From: Candidatus Krumholzibacteriota bacterium
GTDB taxonomy: Bacteria > Krumholzibacteriota > Krumholzibacteriia > LZORAL124-64-63
Length of the DNA: 12,472 nucleotides
NCBI GenBank assembly: GCA_039714075.1
Contig: JBDLKA010000096.1
Span: 1 to 12,472, forward strand
Reading direction: 5' to 3'
The notes under the pieces were generated by a model that had not been told where the DNA came from, searched no databases, and was given only the letters and a program-made list of their open reading frames with translations. The position numbers were made by a program, and so were the translations under genes. Numbering within the stretch: the first letter of the stretch is position 1; every line of letters begins with the position of its first letter. Of this stretch, positions 6,231 to 12,472 are shown one piece after another.

Positions 6231-6311
6231 GTCCCCGAAGAAACAAGGAGCGTGCGGGGGGCCGGGAACCCCGCCTTTGGTATCGATATGTCCATTCGAG
6301 GAGGCCGAGTC

Positions 6312-7217
6312 ATGGAGACTCCCCGCAACAACCAGGAAATCCAGGAGCTGTTCCGCCACAAGGTGGGTCTGGCCGAGATGCTCAAGGGCGGCGTCATCAT
6401 GGACGTCACCAACGCCGAGCAGGCCAAGATCGCCGAAGAGGCCGGCGCGGTGGCCGTCATGGCCCTGGAGCGCATCCCCTCCGACATCCGCAAGATGGGC
6501 GGCATCGCGCGCATGTCCCAGCCGGGCATGATCCGGCAGATCCAGGACATGGTCTCCATTCCGGTGATGGCCAAGGTCCGCATCGGCCACTTCGCCGAAG
6601 CCCAGATCCTCGAGGCGTTGGGCGTGGACTTCATCGACGAGTCCGAGGTGCTGACCCCCGCCGACAACGAGAACCACGTCTACAAGCACGATTTCAAGGT
6701 GCCGTTCGTTTGCGGTTGCCGCAACCTGGGCGAGGCCCTGCGCCGCATCGGTGAAGGCGCCGCGATGATCCGCACCAAGGGCGAGGCCGGCAGCGGCGAC
6801 ATCGTCGAAGCCGTCACCCACATGCGCGAGGTCACCGAGGGCATCCGCCGTCTGCAGCTGATGCGGGCCGACGAACTGATGGCCGAGGCCAAGAAGCTGG
6901 GCGCGCCCTATGAAATCCTGGTCCAGACCGCCGAACTCGGCAAGCTGCCCGTACCCAACTTCGCCGCTGGCGGTATCGCCACGCCCGCCGACGCCGCGCT
7001 GATGATGCAGCTGGGCGCCGAGACGGTGTTCGTGGGCAGCGGCATCTTCGCCAGCGAGGATCCCGCGCCGCGCGCCAAAGCCATCGTCGACGCCGTGACC
7101 TACCACGACGATCCGGCCAAGCTGATGGAGATCAGCATGAAGCTGGGCGAGGCCATGAAGGGCCGCGCCGTGAACGAGATGGCCGAGAACGAGAAAATGG
7201 CGGGACGGGGCTGGTAA
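6312..7217 (+). CDS. pdxS: Pyridoxal 5'-phosphate synthase lyase subunit PdxS, 301 aa
   Basis: Motifs [37 protein letters not shown] (catalytic Lys), [11 protein letters not shown] (second Lys), [28 protein letters not shown] and terminal RGW. ATG6312 follows GAGGAGG (6298-6304). Confidence 0.98.
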   Translation: METPRNNQEIQELFRHKVGLAEMLKGGVIMDVTNAEQAKIAEEAGAVAVMALERIPSDIRKMGGIARMSQPGMIRQIQDMVSIPVMAKVRIGHFAEAQILEALGVDFIDESEVLTPADNENHVYKHDFKVPFVCGCRNLGEALRRIGEGAAMIRTKGEAGSGDIVEAVTHMREVTEGIRRLQLMRADELMAEAKKLGAPYEILVQTAELGKLPVPNFAAGGIATPADAALMMQLGAETVFVGSGIFASEDPAPRAKAIVDAVTYHDDPAKLMEISMKLGEAMKGRAVNEMAENEKMAGRGW

Positions 7218-7222
7218 CGGCC

Positions 7223-7816
7223 ATGAGCAAACCCGTCGGGCTGCTGACCCTTCAGGGGGACTACGACAAACACCGTCAGGCTTTTCATGCCCTGGGACGG
7301 GAAACCTTCGACGTGCGCCGTCCCGCGGAACTGGCCGAGGTTTCCTGTCTGGTCATTCCGGGGGGAGAATCGACCACCCTGACCCGCCTGGTGGACCGTG
7401 CCGGTTTGCGGGAGCCTCTGGGCGCCTTCGCCGCCGAGAAGCCGGTCATGGGGACCTGCGCGGGACTGATCATGCTGGCCGCGGAGTTGACCGGTGAAGA
7501 GCGCCCGGATTACGGAGTGAAACCCCTGGGGCTGCTGGACTGCACGGTGATGCGCAACGGTTACGGCCGCCAGATCGATTCTTTTACCGCGCCGCTTTCC
7601 CTCGACCGTTTGAATGGAATCCAGGAACCCTTTCCGGCCGTCTTCATCAGGGCGCCGCGCATTACTTCCGTCGGACCCGAAGTGGAGGTTCTGGCGAGTT
7701 ACCGGGATGAACCGGTGATCATCCGGCAGGGCCATCTGCTGGCCATGGCTTTTCATCCCGAATTGACCGCGGACCAGCGGATCCACCGGTTTTTTCTGGA
7801 GCTGATACCGGGTTGA
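7223..7816 (+). CDS. pdxT: Pyridoxal 5'-phosphate synthase glutaminase subunit PdxT
   Basis: Motifs LQGD, IPGGESTT, GTCAG (nucleophile Cys), RNGYGRQIDSF, VFIRAP and FHPE (His/Glu of the triad). It starts 5 nt after the pdxS stop. Confidence 0.97.
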   Translation: MSKPVGLLTLQGDYDKHRQAFHALGRETFDVRRPAELAEVSCLVIPGGESTTLTRLVDRAGLREPLGAFAAEKPVMGTCAGLIMLAAELTGEERPDYGVKPLGLLDCTVMRNGYGRQIDSFTAPLSLDRLNGIQEPFPAVFIRAPRITSVGPEVEVLASYRDEPVIIRQGHLLAMAFHPELTADQRIHRFFLELIPG

Positions 7817-7932
7817 ACCGGTCCCGGCCCGGATTTGCGTGTATCAAACCGGGTGAAAAATCCGTATTATTCCTTCGGGAAATAAAATTGGGGCATATTT
7901 CCGGGGCGCCGCCCCCAGCAAAGGACTCGACA

Positions 7933-8955
7933 ATGCGTAAGGCGATACCCATTTCGGCTCTCCTGATTCTGATGGGACTGCTTGTTGTCCAGGTCGGCTG
8001 CAGCAAGGATGAAGATCCGGTGATCCCGCCTCCCACGTGTTCGATCACCATGACCACACCCACGGGTGGTGAAAATTTTTTCACGGGCGAGGAGATCAAG
8101 ATCCGCTGGGACCGGACGACCGGGGGCAATGTCGGCATCCACCTGCTCAAGGGGGGCAATCCGGTCGGAGTGATCATTGCCGAGACGGAGAACAACGGGT
8201 TCTATCCCTGGATCGCAGCGACCACTTTCGGCCAGGCGTCCGGGGACGACTATGCGGTCCGGGTGACCCACCACGATGATGCGGAATGCACCGACCAGAC
8301 CAGGAACTTCAGGTTGAACGACGTTTCCAACTGCTCCATCCAGTTCCCCTGGCAGGAAGTCGGCGATATCCCCAGACAGACTGCGGGAACAACCTTCGAG
8401 ATAACCTGGACAAGCCAGAACACCTCGGGTTTCGTGGACCTCGAACTGTGGCGGAAACCGTACCAGGATGATGCTTTCAAGGTCGAGGATATCGGCCAGA
8501 ATCTGGACGACACCGGGTCCTTCGATTGGGTGGTCGATTCCTATAATCTGGGGACTAACATCGGATTTTTCTTCAAGATCACCGATTTGAACGCCCCCCT
8601 GTGCACAGATTCCTCGGTCCAGTTCACAATCGTCGATGATGAAATCTGCATCATCGGGGTGGGCGGAATCTCCGATGGTGCAACCTATGACCAGGGCACG
8701 GACCTTTCCATTTCGTTCACCTTGACAAACTCCAGCGGTTTAGTGGACCTGAGGTTGTATTCCGGAAACGTGCCGGTGGACAGCGGGCTCATCATAAATG
8801 GTTTCAACACGGACCTCGGAACCCTGGTCTACGATTGGACGGTGACGGATTTCGGACATCCGGGTCCCTCGTTTTCCGCCTTCAACATCAGGGCCGTGGA
8901 TTCGAACGACGACAATTGCTGGGGCAAGAGCGTAAATTTCACCATCGCCCAGTAA
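7933..8955 (+). CDS. Lipoprotein with three tandem beta-sandwich repeats (resembles Ser-Thr-rich GPI-anchored / Kre9-KNH-like domain), 340 aa
   Basis: ATG7933 follows AAGGA. Signal peptide II MRK-hydrophobic-QVG|C, then a Pro linker. Three ~100-aa units share the pattern (P.GGE)..G....I.W...VDL.L.......G...W.........C....F.I. Confidence 0.8.
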   Translation: MRKAIPISALLILMGLLVVQVGCSKDEDPVIPPPTCSITMTTPTGGENFFTGEEIKIRWDRTTGGNVGIHLLKGGNPVGVIIAETENNGFYPWIAATTFGQASGDDYAVRVTHHDDAECTDQTRNFRLNDVSNCSIQFPWQEVGDIPRQTAGTTFEITWTSQNTSGFVDLELWRKPYQDDAFKVEDIGQNLDDTGSFDWVVDSYNLGTNIGFFFKITDLNAPLCTDSSVQFTIVDDEICIIGVGGISDGATYDQGTDLSISFTLTNSSGLVDLRLYSGNVPVDSGLIINGFNTDLGTLVYDWTVTDFGHPGPSFSAFNIRAVDSNDDNCWGKSVNFTIAQ

Positions 8956-8967
8956 ACGGACGTATCC

Positions 8968-9801
8968 TTGAGAAGTCGAATTTTACCCATTGATGGTACG
9001 AGGGCCGCCCGGGCGGCCCTCGTCGCGTTTCTCCTTTTGGCCGTCGTGACACCCTGCCGCGCCTGGTCGGAATTCGGTGCGGAGGAAAAGGCGGCGGAAC
9101 CCACGGGCCCGGAAATCCGGGAACCCTTCTTCGAATTCCTGCTCGGCATGGCCGAAAGTGATTCCCTGGGGGCCTGGACCGGACAGCAACTGCGGGCTCA
9201 CGCCGCGGCGTTGGGTCGCGAATCCCGGTTTCCCCTGGAAGAAGTCGTCTCCCTCGCGCGCTCCCGCCCCGATTCGATGGGGGAGCGGAAATACATGGGC
9301 ACCAGGGTGCGCGCGGTCTGGACCCTGGTGCTGAAAGGCAGCCAGGACCGTCCCATGCCCTACAGTATTCTCGGATACCATCCGGGCAGCCTGCGGATCG
9401 GCGGAGTGCTGGTCCTCAGTGAACTGGCGCCTTCGGACATCGATGTCGCCTTCATGAAGGACGACGAGCGGATCACGCGCCGGATGACCGAGGTGCGGAT
9501 TTTTCCCCTGGAAAAGGGTTATGTCCTGCTGGATGCGGACGGCTTTCTGGACGCTATCCTGGGGTCGGCCCTGGACGATGCCTGGACCCTGGGTTTCGTC
9601 ATCGGTCGCGAGAAGGGGAAACTGATCGGCCTGGGCGTGTCCCTGGGGCGCGAAGGCCGCCGGATTTACGGGGAATTCGATTTCACGCAGGACAAGGTGA
9701 TGGTCCACGGCCGGCGGCCCATGTCCGCCTTGAGCCGGGCCAGCCGCCGCTGGCTGAATGTCGAAGACGGCAATCTGCCGGAACCCTGGATTGAAAACTG
9801 A
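8968..9801 (+). CDS. Hypothetical exported protein
   Basis: ORF fills the gap 12 nt after the lipoprotein gene, with GC-rich third positions and a hydrophobic N-terminal segment (AALVAFLLLAVVTPCRA). TTG start is uncertain and no family was recognised. Confidence 0.7.
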   Translation: MRSRILPIDGTRAARAALVAFLLLAVVTPCRAWSEFGAEEKAAEPTGPEIREPFFEFLLGMAESDSLGAWTGQQLRAHAAALGRESRFPLEEVVSLARSRPDSMGERKYMGTRVRAVWTLVLKGSQDRPMPYSILGYHPGSLRIGGVLVLSELAPSDIDVAFMKDDERITRRMTEVRIFPLEKGYVLLDADGFLDAILGSALDDAWTLGFVIGREKGKLIGLGVSLGREGRRIYGEFDFTQDKVMVHGRRPMSALSRASRRWLNVEDGNLPEPWIEN

Positions 9802-9894
9802 CGCCTAATTTTCGGTAGAAACCCGAAAAATGACTATATTTTCCCAGGAGCGGCGTTTCCCGGCGCCGCGTTGTTTCAAGGGGCCGAACCGATC

Positions 9895-10167
9895 ATGGAA
9901 CGCGTGGAAATCACGGTGCGGGGCCGCGTCCAGGGGGTCGCCTTCCGCTGGTACACCCAGAAGCAGGCCCTGTCCCTGGGGTTGACCGGTTGGGTCCGGA
10001 ACCGGCCCGACGGATCGGTTCAGATGGTGGCCGAAGGCAGCCGCCGGGATCTCGAGATTTTTTGCAATTGGGCCAAGCGGGGCCCCGATCACGCCCGGGT
10101 CGACCACCAGGAGGTTTTCTGGAGCGAAGCCGCGGGCAAGTTCGACGATTTCCTGATATCCGGGTGA
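9895..10167 (+). CDS. acyP: Acylphosphatase, 90 aa
   Basis: Signatures VRGRVQGVAFR and LTGWVRNRPDGSV, then GPDHARV and terminal FDDFLI. ATG9895 gives the canonical length. Confidence 0.95.
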   Translation: MERVEITVRGRVQGVAFRWYTQKQALSLGLTGWVRNRPDGSVQMVAEGSRRDLEIFCNWAKRGPDHARVDHQEVFWSEAAGKFDDFLISG

Positions 10168-10174
10168 AAGGTCC

Positions 10175-11071
10175 ATGAGCACAACCGGAAAACAATCCCT
10201 GCTGGTGGCCGTCGACGTCGACGGCACCCTGCTCGACACCGAGTTCGAGGACGTGCTGCGGCCCCGCGAGATCGAGGCCATGGACGCGGTGCGCGCCGCG
10301 GGCCACGTGCTGGCCCTTTGCACCGGGCGCAATCTCAACTCCATCCGCGGGCTGATGGAACAGTCCAGCTGGGATCCCGTGGATCTGCCCATGGTGCTGC
10401 TCAACGGGGCCGTCGTCTGGGGCGGCCGCCCGCGCCGCAAGCTGGCCTGCAACATCCTGGACCGGAGACAGATCCTGGAACTGGTGCGCCTGTTCCGGGA
10501 ACACGGCACCGTGCCGATGGTTTACGGCACCGACGACGACGGGGGAGTCCTGCACCACGAGTCCCGTCCGATCAACGACATCCTGGGCCGGTACATCGGC
10601 AACCGGCGGCAGACCGTGGGGGCCATCCACACGGTCGAGGACCTGACCGACCTGCCCTGGGAGCAGGCCCTCGAAGTGGGAACCATCGATCTGGAAGGGA
10701 AGGTGCGGGCGCTGTCGGCGGCAATCGCCGAGCAATTGGCCGGTCAGGTCAAGGTCATCAACACCAGGTCCCTGCTGGGCGGGGGACATTATTATTGGGC
10801 CGAGGCCTTCCACGCGGACACCGACAAGGGCCGGGGCCTGAAGGTCCTGGCCGCCGAATGCGGGATACCCGTCGCCCGGTCGGTGGCCATCGGCGACAAC
10901 TACAACGATCTGGACATGTTTGCCGCCGCGGGCTTCAGTGTGGCCATGGCCGGCAGTCCCGACGAAGTGAAGGCCCGGGCCGATCTGGTGACCGGGCCGG
11001 TGGGCAAGGGTGGAGCCGCGGAGATCCTGGAACGAATCGCCGGGGGAGACCTGCTTCCCGGGATGGGTTGA
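10175..11071 (+). CDS. Cof-type HAD-IIB family phosphatase
   Basis: Motif I DVDGTLL, motif II CTGR, LLNGA, motif III DKGRGL and motif IV AIGDNYNDLDMF, with a large C2-type cap between II and III. Confidence 0.92.
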   Translation: MSTTGKQSLLVAVDVDGTLLDTEFEDVLRPREIEAMDAVRAAGHVLALCTGRNLNSIRGLMEQSSWDPVDLPMVLLNGAVVWGGRPRRKLACNILDRRQILELVRLFREHGTVPMVYGTDDDGGVLHHESRPINDILGRYIGNRRQTVGAIHTVEDLTDLPWEQALEVGTIDLEGKVRALSAAIAEQLAGQVKVINTRSLLGGGHYYWAEAFHADTDKGRGLKVLAAECGIPVARSVAIGDNYNDLDMFAAAGFSVAMAGSPDEVKARADLVTGPVGKGGAAEILERIAGGDLLPGMG

Positions 11072-11102
11072 AACGGCAATAAGTACGGTGAAAGGTGCCA
11101 GC

Positions 11103-12472
11103 GTGAGTACGAAATGGGATGAAGAAAAATCCAATCCGGTGCGGCCGGCCGGATCTCCACCCGTAGAGGAACCGGCGGGGGAACCAAGGGACTGGTCCGC
11201 CGGGGACCATTCCCTGGATGATCCCGGCCTGCGCGAAATGGGCTACGCCATGGTCGACCTGATCGTGGAATACCTCAGGGGCCTGGAGGGCCGAAGGGTC
11301 TACGGACCGCTGTCCCCGGCAGGCATGGACGACATGTTCGAGGAGTCGCTGCCCGAGGAGGGGACGCCCTTTCTGGATCTGATCCAGGACTGCCGCACCC
11401 GCGTCTTTCCCAACACCATGGCCATCGGCAGCCGCCGGTATTTCGGGATGATGAACCCGGCGCCCCTACCCGTGGCGGTGTTCAGCGAGGCCTTGTGTTC
11501 GGCCATGAACCAGAACACCGCCTCCTGGCGCCACGCCCCTTCCGGTACGGCCATCGAAAAAAGGGTGATCCGCTGGCTGTGCGACATGTTCCATCTGCCC
11601 GAAGGCAGCTTCGGCACCATGACCGACGGGGGTTCGCTGGCCAACATCACCGGGCTCAAGCTGGCCGTCAACCGGGCGCTCGGCCGCGATCTGTCCCAGG
11701 TGGACAACATTGACGGTCCCGGCTCGGAAATCGCCCAGCTCACCTTCTACGTTTCGGGGCAGGCCCACTACAGCTTCGACAAGGCGGTCGACCTGCTGGG
11801 GCTCGGCCGGGGCCAGCTGCGCAAGATTCCCCACGACGACATCTACCGGATCGATCTCGACGCGCTGGAAGCGGCCATCAAGAAGGATATCGACAACGGG
11901 CTGAAGCCCGCCTGCGTCATCGGCGTGGCCGGTACCACCAACACCGGCAGCATCGACAAGCTGGACAGGATGGCGGAGATCGCACACAGGTACGGCTGCT
12001 GGTTCCACGTGGACGCGGCCTACGGGGGCGCGGTCATCCTGTCGGAAATGTACGGCACCATGCTGCGGGGCATCGAACTGGCGGACTCGATCACCGTCGA
12101 TCCGCACAAATGGTTCTACATGCCTTTTTCCGCCGGGGGCATCCTGGTGCGCGACGGAGATTTCCTGCGGCGCAGCTTCCTGGTGCATCCCGAGTACTAC
12201 ATGGAAAAGGTCATGAAGGACACGGCCGCCGAGTCGCGGAACAATGGCCAGGGACACCGGGTGATCCCCGATGAACGCAGCTTCCACCAGGGGGACAAGG
12301 TCAACTTCTTCCAGTACGGCATCCAGGGCAGCCGGCGCATGAACGCCCTGAAGCTGTGGCTGTCATTCCGTTCGGTCGGCCGCCGGCAGTTCGCCGCCTG
12401 GGTGGAAAAGGACATCGAACTGGCCCGGATCCTGGCGGCGCGCATGCGGCGGCAGCCCGATTTCCGGATCCT
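11103..12472 (+). CDS. Group II PLP-dependent amino-acid decarboxylase (aromatic-L-amino-acid/DAB/glutamate decarboxylase family), 3' truncated by the window edge
   Basis: Manual translation gives an open frame from GTG11103 (RBS AAAGGT 11091-11096) to the window end. Motifs: MNQNTASWRHAPSGTAIE, GGSLAN, AHYSFDKA, AGTTNTGSID, WFHVDAAYGG, DSITVDPHKW (PLP Lys at 12108-12110) and GSRRMNALKLW. Confidence 0.93.
   Translation, partial: MSTKWDEEKSNPVRPAGSPPVEEPAGEPRDWSAGDHSLDDPGLREMGYAMVDLIVEYLRGLEGRRVYGPLSPAGMDDMFEESLPEEGTPFLDLIQDCRTRVFPNTMAIGSRRYFGMMNPAPLPVAVFSEALCSAMNQNTASWRHAPSGTAIEKRVIRWLCDMFHLPEGSFGTMTDGGSLANITGLKLAVNRALGRDLSQVDNIDGPGSEIAQLTFYVSGQAHYSFDKAVDLLGLGRGQLRKIPHDDIYRIDLDALEAAIKKDIDNGLKPACVIGVAGTTNTGSIDKLDRMAEIAHRYGCWFHVDAAYGGAVILSEMYGTMLRGIELADSITVDPHKWFYMPFSAGGILVRDGDFLRRSFLVHPEYYMEKVMKDTAAESRNNGQGHRVIPDERSFHQGDKVNFFQYGIQGSRRMNALKLWLSFRSVGRRQFAAWVEKDIELARILAARMRRQPDFRI

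Noticed and set aside
9809..9829. TTTTCGG/CCGAAAA inverted repeat as a terminator
   Set aside because: Weak, AT-rich stem with no following U-tract. It more likely overlaps an acyP promoter (TATATT 9835-9840).

Overview
GC-rich bacterial window. The C-terminal FlgD_ig/T9SS-type domain style suggests an FCB-superphylum candidate lineage such as Ca. Krumholzibacteriota or Eisenbacteria (inference only). Gene order: DUF222-like HNH endonuclease (+), zinc-ribbon class I methyltransferase-like protein (+), archaeal/eukaryote-type prolyl-tRNA synthetase proS (+), secreted LVIVD-repeat protein with a C-terminal sorting domain (-), PLP synthase pdxS-pdxT (+), triple-repeat lipoprotein (+), exported hypothetical protein (+), acylphosphatase (+), Cof-type HAD phosphatase (+), and a group II PLP-dependent decarboxylase that runs off the right edge and is missing from the ORF track. 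No tRNA, rRNA, CRISPR array or transposase was seen. The strongest leads are: a perfect 22-bp palindrome inside the HNH gene plus a hairpin that could bury its RBS; a 91-nt nested inverted-repeat element after proS; degenerate ~60-nt direct repeats bracketing the methyltransferase gene; a structured pdxS leader; and a possible vitamin B6 make/trim/use gene cluster.
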